The notes below the pieces were generated by a model, which saw only the letters and a list, made by a program, of their open reading frames with translations, had not been told where the DNA came from and ran no database searches. 32,000 nucleotides of DNA from Halorhodospira halophila SL1 (GTDB taxonomy: Bacteria > Pseudomonadota > Gammaproteobacteria > Nitrococcales > Halorhodospiraceae). A program made the translations under genes and the position numbers. Shown one piece after another: positions 17,042-24,539 of the stretch (within the stretch, counting starts at the first letter, position 1; each line of letters begins with the position of its first letter). The stretch spans positions 420,001 to 452,000 of the forward strand of contig NC_008789.1 in the NCBI RefSeq assembly GCF_000015585.1. The letters are read 5' to 3'.

Positions 17042-17185
17042 GCACCGCGCCGCTCGGCATGGCCGCCCGGCAGCCCCCGGGGCAGGCGCGTGCCGCGGGA
17101 TTCCCCCAACCAAATCACGTTGTGCAGCGCACACCAACGCGCCACTTTAGATGACGCAACGTTCCAACACATGCGGAGGTGCGGA

Positions 17186-17596
17186 ATGTTCGGTGCAACG
17201 CAAAAGGCCCTTGCCCTGATCGTGCTCGGGGTCGTCGGAGTCATCTACGCGGGTATGAACGTCCATGAATGGGCCTGGTGGCAAACCGCCGGTACGCAGC
17301 GGGAGCAGTACGATGCGGTGATCATCGGTCTCAATGGCCTCGCGGGGCTGTGCATGATCATCGGCGGCGCCTTTGGGGGTGACCGGTACTATCGAGACAC
17401 CCACGAAGGGGATTGGCTCGGCGGAAGCGGTGGCGGCGGCGCAGCCCTGGCCCCCAGAATGCCGCTGCGGATCGACCGCGAGATCTTCTTCAGCACCCAG
17501 GGCAGTGCGGCCCCGTTTGATCTGGCCATCAAGCTCGGCTTCGTGATCCTGCTCTGCGGCCACGCCCTGATCGTCTACTCCCGGGCGGTGAGCTAA
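17186..17596 (+). CDS. Hypothetical small membrane protein (3 hydrophobic segments, Gly-rich loop GGSGGGG)
   Basis: ORF 17090..17596(+). The ATG at 17186 is preceded by GGAGG (17175-17179) with 6-nt spacing. No recognisable family motif. Confidence 0.5.
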   Translation: MFGATQKALALIVLGVVGVIYAGMNVHEWAWWQTAGTQREQYDAVIIGLNGLAGLCMIIGGAFGGDRYYRDTHEGDWLGGSGGGGAALAPRMPLRIDREIFFSTQGSAAPFDLAIKLGFVILLCGHALIVYSRAVS

Positions 17597-17636
17597 CGGA
17601 CCACCGAGGCACGGGGGCAGACAACAACCGCTCCAG

Positions 17637-17671
17637 CCGGGGGCGGACACCACTGCGGTGACCGCCCCCGG
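17637..17671 (+). terminator. Strong GC hairpin, candidate intrinsic terminator after the small membrane-protein gene
   Basis: ccgggggcgg (17637-17646) pairs perfectly with ccgcccccgg (17662-17671). An inner cacc/ggtg pairing and a 5-nt loop (actgc) complete the hairpin. Only a weak T-containing tail (tgttcc) follows. Lies 41 nt after the stop at 17596. Confidence 0.45.
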
Positions 17672-17839
17672 TGTTCCACCTCCCTTCCCAGGCCCTGGCA
17701 CGGGCCGACCGAGTGGAAAAGAACTTTCTGATCACCACCTGATTACCACGTAGGCTGTACCGTGCGCCGGCCCGTGGACGCCACCCCGGCGCGCCGATAA
17801 GCTGCGGCCGAACGGACGGCCCACGATAGATTCGAAGCC

Positions 17840-18493
17840 ATGGTACTGAGCGACTGGCTACTGCTGCTCACCGTCTGCGCACTCGGGGCCATGACGCCGG
17901 GACCGAGCCTGGCAGTGGTGGTGCGCCATAGCCTGAGCAGCGGCCGGCCGGCCGGACTCGCCGCAGCCGTGGCCCACGGGATCGGGGTCGGCGGGTACGC
18001 GGCCCTGAGCGTCGCCGGCCTGGCCGGGCTCCTCGCCGCACACCCAACCCTGCTGGCCGCCGTGCAGGGCCTGGGGGCCGCGTATCTGGCCTGGCTAGCC
18101 GTGCAATCGGCCCGCCAGGCCCACTCGAGCGCCGCCGCCTCGGCCACGGCGCATCCCCACTCCACCGCGTCGAGCGCACCCCCCGGCAACCGGATCCAGG
18201 CGGCGCGCGACGGCTTCTTAATGGCATTGCTCAACCCGAAGATCGCCCTCTTCTTCCTGGCGATCTTCAGCCCGTTCACCGACCCCGGGCAGGCGGCCTG
18301 GGAACAGGCCCTGATGGTGGCCGTCGCCGCCGGGGTCGATATGGGGTGGTACGCCGCAGTCGCCACGCTGTTCGCCCTGCCCGTCTGGCGGGCGCGGCTT
18401 GCAGCCCGGCAACGGCTACGCGAAGGCATCTTTGCTGTCGTGCTGGGGATGCTGGCGCTCTACACCGCCTGGGTCGCCTTGGGGAGCGTTTAA
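17840..18493 (+). CDS. LysE/RhtB family amino-acid exporter
   Basis: 217-aa ORF. The N-terminal LGAMTPGPSLAVVV and central GFLMALLNPKIALFFLAIF are typical LysE-family motifs. About 6 TM segments. Confidence 0.85.
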   Translation: MVLSDWLLLLTVCALGAMTPGPSLAVVVRHSLSSGRPAGLAAAVAHGIGVGGYAALSVAGLAGLLAAHPTLLAAVQGLGAAYLAWLAVQSARQAHSSAAASATAHPHSTASSAPPGNRIQAARDGFLMALLNPKIALFFLAIFSPFTDPGQAAWEQALMVAVAAGVDMGWYAAVATLFALPVWRARLAARQRLREGIFAVVLGMLALYTAWVALGSV

Positions 18494-18574
18494 CCCCGGC
18501 CTCACGCCTTTGGCCGTGTTTCGGACCAACGCCGCACCGGGGAACCGGCGCGGATCCGCCGGATCAGGTGGCCA

Positions 18575-19807
18575 TCAGCCGCGCTCGGCGCGGTCGACGG
18601 CCTCGCCCCACTCGTCGTCGTAGCCCCAGGCCATGTGCGGCGAATAGAGCACGCGCAGCTCCTCCTGACGATAGACGCTGCGGATCTCGACCCCCTCCTC
18701 CTCGGCCAGGGCCCGGAACCGGGGGCGAATGAAGATGCTGCCGTCCGGACGACGCAACAGGAAAACCTGCGGGGCCATACTGCTCGGCCCGCGTCGGGTG
18801 ACCACCGCGGTCTCTCCGGTGTTCAGACCGACCAGGGTGCCCGGCGGGAAGATCCCCAATTCGCGAATGAGCAGCCGGGTCAGGGTGGCATCAAACCGGC
18901 GACCGGCATCCTCGTAGAGCTCGCGCAGCGCGTCGCGGATCACATGGGCCGGTCGATGGGCACGCGGGGTGACCATGGCCATGTAGACATCGGCGAGCAT
19001 GACCACGGCGGCCTCGGTACCGATCTGCCCTTGCGTGAGCCCCTGGGGATAGCCGGAGCCGTCCATCCGTTCGTGGTGCTCGCGGACGGCGCGCAGCCAC
19101 TGCTGGTCTTCCAGACCCGCGGCCGCCAGCACGGCCACGGAGCGTTCCGGATGCCCATGGATTTCGCGGCGCTGGTCGTCACTCAGGGCACCTTCTTGCT
19201 GATCCAGCTGTTCCTGGAGGGCCAGCATACTCAGATTGCCCGTCAGCGAGGCACCGACGACCGCCCGACGCTGCCCACCGTCCAGCGAAGCGGAACGGGC
19301 GAGCAGGTCCGCAACGACGGCCTTGCGGATGGGATGGAGCACGAGGTTGGGAAACTCGCGATTGATGTGCGCCGCGGCGAGGGCCGCATCCGCATCGCGG
19401 TCGATCAGGTTGCCGAGCTGACTGATCATGCCCTCGAGACGCGGCAGGAAATCGCGCCGGCCGAGATCGATGGCGTGATGGACCTTCCTCAGCGAGGTAG
19501 CGCAATGGTAGAAGCTGACAAAGGGGTCGAACTTCAATTCGCCGCTGTGGTTCTCCCAGGACGGACTGCCGTCACCAGTCACCACCACTTCATCACGAAA
19601 CGACGCGGCACGGGTTCGCCCCGCCTCCAGGAGCATCTGGCGTTGCGCATCGCTCTTGAGGATCCGACCGGAGCGGAGCAAAAGGCGATCGTAGGTATCG
19701 TAGATCGAGTACGGCACCGGCCGGCCGACCACAAGATCCCGACCACGCACCGGCACAAAGGGGTCGGTTGCCACCTCCTCGGAGCTATGCCTCGCGTTGT
19801 CGTTCAT
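18575..19807 (-). CDS. HD-GYP domain protein (GYP motif intact, HD dyad apparently replaced)
   Basis: 410-aa ORF. HHERMDGSGYPQGL is the signature HD-GYP motif. The LADVYMAM and IFPPGTLVGL tail is typical of the family. At the position where LHDIGK is expected, the protein reads LTGNLSM. Confidence 0.85.
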   Translation of the reverse strand: MNDNARHSSEEVATDPFVPVRGRDLVVGRPVPYSIYDTYDRLLLRSGRILKSDAQRQMLLEAGRTRAASFRDEVVVTGDGSPSWENHSGELKFDPFVSFYHCATSLRKVHHAIDLGRRDFLPRLEGMISQLGNLIDRDADAALAAAHINREFPNLVLHPIRKAVVADLLARSASLDGGQRRAVVGASLTGNLSMLALQEQLDQQEGALSDDQRREIHGHPERSVAVLAAAGLEDQQWLRAVREHHERMDGSGYPQGLTQGQIGTEAAVVMLADVYMAMVTPRAHRPAHVIRDALRELYEDAGRRFDATLTRLLIRELGIFPPGTLVGLNTGETAVVTRRGPSSMAPQVFLLRRPDGSIFIRPRFRALAEEEGVEIRSVYRQEELRVLYSPHMAWGYDDEWGEAVDRAERG

Positions 19808-19904
19808 CAGGCCCGGTGATCACCCTAGTCGATCATCCTACAGCTTGCCGGCACAGGCCCCAGTCCGCAAGCGCGCCCTGCATCCACGCAACCGGCCACT
19901 GCGC

Positions 19905-20870
19905 TCAGAGTCCCTGGGCACCCCGCCGCAACCAGTTATGTACAAACGCCATTTTATGACGGGCGTGGTCCGAAAGCACGAACGGGTAGAGATCGGATAA
20001 TCCCATGGAACGGTTGACGTGGTTGATGCCGAAGCTGAGCGTGACCGCGATGCGGATCAACCGCTCGGCATCGGGTTCCGTATAGGGGTCCCAGCCGGCG
20101 TCCGGCATCTGGGGCGACGACAGCCCCGTGGCGACGAAGCTGTCGGCAATGTCGGTCAGATGCAGCAAGTGCGCCGCCGTCTCCGCCCAGTCTTCATGGG
20201 GATGCGCGGAGGCGTAGCTGGTCAGATAGTACTGCTGCCACCCCGCCGGCGGACCGTTCTCGTAGTGGTATTGGAGCGCTGCTGGATAGTCGATCCGCTC
20301 GTCACCGAACATGGCGCGGAACGCATCGAGAAAGTCCTTGCGCAGGCTCAGCCGCCACCAGAGCATGTGGGCGATCTCGTGGCGCATGTGGCCGATCATG
20401 GTGCGATAAGGCTCGTCCAGCGCCTCGCGGCGGGTGGTGACCAGGACTGGCTCCACCTCCGCCACGCTGATGGTCACCACCCCCTCCGCGTGGCCCATCG
20501 GCACCGGGGTCGGGCCTTCCGCCAGCAGGTGAAACACCGGCCGGGCCCCCGGGTCCTCCGGTCGGAACCAGTGCCAGCGGCCGAGGTTATCCAACACCCA
20601 GCGCTTGGCTGCCTCGGTCTGTGCCCAGTTGGGGATGGCATTGGGGATGCCCGGATCCGGGGCCAACTCGGTCATGGCGCACGAGCGGCAGAATGCGCCC
20701 TCTTCGGGCGCGATCCAGTTACAGCCGATCCGTTCGCGATTGGCACAGAACGGCCTCATGGGCAGGAAAGCCCGGGCCTGGGGGTCGTAGGCGACCGGCG
20801 TCCCGTCGGCCGTGGCCAGGTTGTCGAACCACAGGGAACCGCCACCCACTGGATTAGCAAAAATGCGCAT
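19905..20870 (-). CDS. Putative zinc-binding metallopeptidase family protein (HExxH)
   Basis: 321-aa ORF. HEIAH (in MRHEIAHMLWW) plus a downstream HPHEDWAE. Cys cluster FCANRERIGCNW...FCRSCAMT. Overall resembles the 'zinc-ribbon + putative zinc-binding metallopeptidase' family. Confidence 0.75.
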   Translation of the reverse strand: MRIFANPVGGGSLWFDNLATADGTPVAYDPQARAFLPMRPFCANRERIGCNWIAPEEGAFCRSCAMTELAPDPGIPNAIPNWAQTEAAKRWVLDNLGRWHWFRPEDPGARPVFHLLAEGPTPVPMGHAEGVVTISVAEVEPVLVTTRREALDEPYRTMIGHMRHEIAHMLWWRLSLRKDFLDAFRAMFGDERIDYPAALQYHYENGPPAGWQQYYLTSYASAHPHEDWAETAAHLLHLTDIADSFVATGLSSPQMPDAGWDPYTEPDAERLIRIAVTLSFGINHVNRSMGLSDLYPFVLSDHARHKMAFVHNWLRRGAQGL

Positions 20871-21022
20871 ACCCCCAGTCTATACGCCCGCCCGGACCAA
20901 CGCCTGCACCGATTGCTTACGAGTTGGCCGCGGAATCGACCTTCGGCGCCTGGACCCACCGCCCCGAGGGGCAACGACCCCACGCCTTCCCCAAACGGAT
21001 CACCCTGCTCAAGCCCGGCGGC

Positions 21023-21223
21023 TCAGTCGTCGCCGCGGCGCAGGGTCAGTTCGGGCTCATCGGCGCCCAGGGGCCAGCGCACCGCCACCTCGATGGGGGC
21101 GCAACAGACCGGACAATCCTCGACGTAATCGGCCTCCGCGCCGTCCGTATCCACTACCAGCAGGAAGGGCTCACCGCAGTAGGGGCAGGAGGCGGTGCGC
21201 TCGGGTCGCCAGTCGGAATCCAT
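21023..21223 (-). CDS. CPXCG motif-containing cysteine-rich protein
   Basis: ORF 21023..21247(-). Contains CPYCG...CPVCC. Start set to the ATG at 21223 (MDSDWRPE...), which has GGAGG 5 nt upstream. The listed start is a TTG. Confidence 0.75.
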   Translation of the reverse strand: MDSDWRPERTASCPYCGEPFLLVVDTDGAEADYVEDCPVCCAPIEVAVRWPLGADEPELTLRRGDD

Positions 21224-21385
21224 CGGGGCCTCCGTGGTATGGGACAAGGCGTCCCCCGACGCCTAGCCAGGACGGTTGGCGGGTATTCCTCACCGATCGC
21301 GGCGATTGTGGCCTATGCTTGTCGTGATACCAATCGCCGACCAAGGGCTGCTCGCCCCCAACGCCGGTCTGGAGGGGACACGCCG

Positions 21386-22060
21386 ATGGACGACCGCCGA
21401 TCCTCCCCCCGCCGCTCCATCGGCGGCCGGCGTACCTCGCGCCTCGGAGCGATCGGCCACACGGCCCTGGTCGCGGCCCTCTCGCTGTTAATCGCCCCAC
21501 CCATCGGCGCCGCCGAGATCCTGGAACGTGACTTCGAGGTGCGCCGTCCGGACTTCGAGTTACGGGTCGTCGCCCGACTGGATGCGCCACGGGAGGCGGT
21601 CTGGGCGGTGCTCACGGACTACGAGCGGCTGGCCGAGCTCTCTCCCGGGCTTCTGGAGAGCCGGATCATCGCCAATGACGAGGCCCGGGAAATCCTCGTG
21701 GCCACCGTCACCGAAGGCTGCCTGCTCCTGTTCTGTCGCAAGGTGCAACGCGTCGAGGCCATGGAGGAAGACCCACCGGGACGGATCCGGGCCCGCATCC
21801 TGCCGGAGCACAGTGACCTGCGACACGGCGTGACCGACTGGCTGCTGGAGGATCACGGGGAAGCCACGCACGTGACCGTCCATGCGCGCCTACGCCCCGA
21901 TTTCTGGGTCCCGCCCGGGATCGGGCCCCGCCAGATGCAGCGTACCTTCATGCGCGACATGACCGAACTCATGGAGCGGGTCGAGACCGAAGCCCGGTCG
22001 GCCCGCCGCAGCGAGACCTCCGGGGCAGCGGACCGGTCGCCATACCTGAACCGTTCCTGA
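21386..22060 (+). CDS. SRPBCC (START/polyketide-cyclase-like) family protein with N-terminal signal/anchor
   Basis: In-frame part of ORF 20924..22060(+). The ATG at 21386 lies downstream of GGAGGGG. DAPREAVWAVLTDYERLAELSPGLLESRII is a typical SRPBCC N-terminal strand-helix. The N-terminus has an RR-containing basic region followed by the hydrophobic stretch TALVAALSLLIAPPIGAA. Confidence 0.7.
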   Translation: MDDRRSSPRRSIGGRRTSRLGAIGHTALVAALSLLIAPPIGAAEILERDFEVRRPDFELRVVARLDAPREAVWAVLTDYERLAELSPGLLESRIIANDEAREILVATVTEGCLLLFCRKVQRVEAMEEDPPGRIRARILPEHSDLRHGVTDWLLEDHGEATHVTVHARLRPDFWVPPGIGPRQMQRTFMRDMTELMERVETEARSARRSETSGAADRSPYLNRS

Positions 22061-22063
22061 GGA

Positions 22064-22594
22064 TCAGCTCGCGCCGGCCCCGCCCTGTTCGGCATCTACG
22101 GACCTACGCGGCCGATCCAGGTAGGAGCGCCAGCGCGGCCGCCAGACACCGAGCACCACATTGGCGATACAGATGATCAGCACCACCCAGAGCACCAGCG
22201 GTTCGTTGTTGACGTAGCGCGGGATCTCATCGACGCCGATGCGTCCGGCGGCGGCCGCCTCGGCCGCTGCAGCAGTCTGCATCGCGTTGCCGTGGATAAA
22301 GGCCAGGGTGGCCGAGAAGATGCTGAAGCTGAGAATCCCCTTGATCCAGACCCAGCCTGCCTGCCGGAACCCGGCGTACAGCGCCATGCTGAGCAACCCC
22401 GATAGAAACACCACGGCCAGCGACGGGAGCAGGAGCCAGTTGGCGATCGCGGCGATGCTACCCCGAATGACGGCGTACTCCTGTATAGCCTCCGGATCCG
22501 GGGCGATGCCGAGCAGGATCAGATGGACAGCGACGGCCCCGGTGAGGCCAATGGCACCGAGGGTGTGGAGGATCTTGAGTGATTTGATCAGCAT
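22064..22594 (-). CDS. DUF2269-like integral membrane protein (4 TM)
   Basis: 176-aa ORF with AAGAGG SD upstream. MLIKSLKILHTLGAIGLTG... and four hydrophobic helices. Family call is by resemblance only. Confidence 0.6.
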   Translation of the reverse strand: MLIKSLKILHTLGAIGLTGAVAVHLILLGIAPDPEAIQEYAVIRGSIAAIANWLLLPSLAVVFLSGLLSMALYAGFRQAGWVWIKGILSFSIFSATLAFIHGNAMQTAAAAEAAAAGRIGVDEIPRYVNNEPLVLWVVLIICIANVVLGVWRPRWRSYLDRPRRSVDAEQGGAGAS

Positions 22595-22849
22595 CAGTGG
22601 CCTCTTGCGTGGCGGCAGAACCCCAGCCTATCAAGGCTGCCACTCGCCCTGCCCGGGTTCGAGGGGCATCCGGCGGCTAAGGGGCGGTTCCCCGGAGCGC
22701 CGGAGTCCCTCTGCCGCGCACACTGAGGGAGCCCACCCCGCTGACTCCTGCTACTTGCAAACGCGAGTCATTCGCATTTATGATCAGACGACCATACCAG
22801 CCCGGTCCAGTCCCGAGGCCGGGCCGATTCTCGATACGGAGAACGAGCT

Positions 22850-23131
22850 ATGATCATCGATGCAAGCGAGCGATTCCGGCAGGGAAGACGCGCAAGCTGG
22901 CACTCCAGAGCATCCGCCCCACAACGAGGTCGAGCTGAGAGACACGAACTCCCCGATGTACATGAACTCCATGAACTCCATGAACTCCATGAACTCCATG
23001 AACTGCAGAGCCTCACAGCCTCCGGCGAGTTTCGTCAGGAACTCACCGAGTGCGCAGCCAGGCTGGGCATCAGCGAGGAACTCGCGGTTGCTGTCGCGGT
23101 CAAGCATCTGCACCAGTTCATTGCGGACTGA
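22850..23131 (+). CDS. Hypothetical 93-aa protein with internal (His-Glu-Leu)n repeat
   Basis: ATG at 22850 with GGAG 8 nt upstream. The C-terminal half (GEFRQELTECAARLGISEELAVAVAVKHLHQFIAD) has host-like G/C-rich third positions. The N-terminal half uses atypical codons (aga, gga, cga, caa, gta). Coding status uncertain. Confidence 0.4.
   Translation: MIIDASERFRQGRRASWHSRASAPQRGRAERHELPDVHELHELHELHELHELQSLTASGEFRQELTECAARLGISEELAVAVAVKHLHQFIAD
22961..23005 (+). repeat. 9-bp direct tandem repeat (CATGAACTC) x4 plus one variant copy (CATGAACTG)
   Basis: Read directly: units at 22961, 22970, 22979, 22988 and 22997. A degenerate copy cacgaactc sits at 22943-22951. The repeat is in frame with ORF 22850..23131 and encodes HELHELHELHELHEL. 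Confidence 0.95.
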
Positions 23132-23144
23132 TCACCATCTCCCG

Positions 23145-24539
23145 TCAGCAACCGGGGAGGGTCAGCTGACGTGTGCACGCGCATTCGATCAACTCCAGAT
23201 CGTGCGTGATCACCATCACGCATGTGCCAGAGTCGGCGATGCGCTGCAGATTCTGCACGATGATCGCCAGGTTGGCGCCATCCAACCCGCTGGTGGGCTC
23301 ATCCAGCACGAACAGCTCTGGCTTGCGGGCGTGACCGCATGCCACGACCAGTCGCTGCTTCTCGCCACCGGATAAAGACTGCGGGTGGCGGTGCCTTAAA
23401 GCGGTCAGTCCATACTCGTGCAGCAGCCCTGCGATCCAGGCCGGGTCTGTTTGCACTCGAGCCCCTTGCGCGGCGCTCGTGATCTCTTCCTCCACCGTGC
23501 GCATGTGCAGCTGATGGTCGGTGTTCTGGAGAACCACACTCGTACGGTGCATCAGCGCGCAGCCGCTCAGGACGCGGCCTCGTACCCGGATTTCGCCGGC
23601 ATCCGGCCTCAGCAGGCCGGTCAGTAGCCGGGCCAGGGTCGTCTTACCGGCCCCGTTGGGGCCGAGGACCCCGACAATCTCCCCGGAGGGCAGGCAAAGG
23701 TCCATGCCCTTGATCACCGTCGGCCCGTTGCGATAAGCGAAGGCGAGTCCGGAAACCCGTAGATGCCCCTCGCCGGACGCAGGAACTTCAGGCAGTGCAC
23801 CGCGCTGATCCACCACCTCGAGCCGACGCAGCCCAAAACGAAGCCGCTCCCGCGCGACTTCCGATGCGGACCCGGACATAGCCAGACACCCCCCCTCCAT
23901 GACCAGGATGCGGTCGACCAAATCGGTCAACCAATAGAGCCGGTGGTCGACAATCACCAACGTGACGCCCTCCTCGCGCAGTTCAGCGAGGTGGTCAGCA
24001 AGCTCGCGGGTCGCTTCAGGGTCGAGATTGGCGGTCGGTTCATCCAGAACCAGGACGGACGGGGCACGCGACATCACTTCAGCCAGCCCCACCCGCTGCT
24101 TCTGCCCGTCGGAAAGGTCGTAGACACTGGCATCGGCCAGACCGGTCAGCTGGAACCGCCCCATCGCCCAACGCACCCGCGCCTCAATGACCGCGGGGTC
24201 CTCGCCGCGCTGCTCGTGCGCGAAGGCCAGCTCATCTTCTACATGCAACGCGAAGAACTGCTGCTCGGGGTCCTGAAACAGCGTGCCGACCCGGCTGCTG
24301 ATCTCGGCCAGGCTGGCTTCCCGGGGGCTGTAACCGGCAATTCGGGCCTGCCCGTCCCACTCGCCCTGGTAATGGTGCGGGATCAGGCCATTGATGACGC
24401 GAACCAGAGAGCTCTTACCACACCCCGAAGCGCCCGTGACTGCGATGGCCTCGCCGCGGGCCACGTGCAGGCGAACCCCGGTTAACGCAGCCTGACTCTG
24501 GAACGGATAGATGTAGGTGATGTCGTCTAACGTGATCAT
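23145..24539 (-). CDS. ECF/ABC transporter ATPase, fused double ATP-binding cassette (EcfA-EcfA' type)
   Basis: ORF 23145..24566(-). Cassette 1: GASGCGKSSL, LSDGQKQRV, LVLDEPT. Cassette 2: GPNGAGKTTL, LSGGEKQRL, FVLDEPT. Start set to the ATG at 24539 (MITLDDITYIYPF), which forms an ATGA overlap with the EcfT stop. The listed start is GTG. Confidence 0.9.
   Translation of the reverse strand: MITLDDITYIYPFQSQAALTGVRLHVARGEAIAVTGASGCGKSSLVRVINGLIPHHYQGEWDGQARIAGYSPREASLAEISSRVGTLFQDPEQQFFALHVEDELAFAHEQRGEDPAVIEARVRWAMGRFQLTGLADASVYDLSDGQKQRVGLAEVMSRAPSVLVLDEPTANLDPEATRELADHLAELREEGVTLVIVDHRLYWLTDLVDRILVMEGGCLAMSGSASEVARERLRFGLRRLEVVDQRGALPEVPASGEGHLRVSGLAFAYRNGPTVIKGMDLCLPSGEIVGVLGPNGAGKTTLARLLTGLLRPDAGEIRVRGRVLSGCALMHRTSVVLQNTDHQLHMRTVEEEITSAAQGARVQTDPAWIAGLLHEYGLTALRHRHPQSLSGGEKQRLVVACGHARKPELFVLDEPTSGLDGANLAIIVQNLQRIADSGTCVMVITHDLELIECACTRQLTLPGC

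Noticed and set aside
18545-18562. Hairpin ccggcg-cggatc-cgccgg between the convergent LysE and HD-GYP genes, as a bidirectional terminator
   Set aside because: The stem is only 6 bp, and no T/A tract lies on either side. It cannot be distinguished from chance in GC-rich DNA.
18635-21128. + strand ORFs at 18635..19819 (394 aa) and 20019..21128 (369 aa)
   Set aside because: They are antisense to the HD-GYP and HExxH peptidase genes, both of which have diagnostic motifs.
22640-22665. gggttcgagggg resembling a tRNA T-arm (GGTTCGAATCC)
   Set aside because: The match is imperfect, and no acceptor, anticodon or D-arm structure could be built around it.
22961-23005. Possibility that the short direct repeats are a CRISPR array
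   Set aside because: The units are 9 bp and directly abutting, with no spacers. No cas genes are present in the window.
22860-23375. Alternative frames across the 9-bp repeat: 171-aa + ORF (…MNSMNSMNSMNSMN…) and minus ORFs at 22784..23113 (…FMEFMEFMEFMEFM…) and 22768..23016 (…SSWSSWSSWSSW…)
   Set aside because: The 171-aa ORF runs antisense into the ECF ATPase gene. Outside the repeat, none of these frames has the G/C-rich third-position pattern seen in the C-terminal half of the HEL frame.
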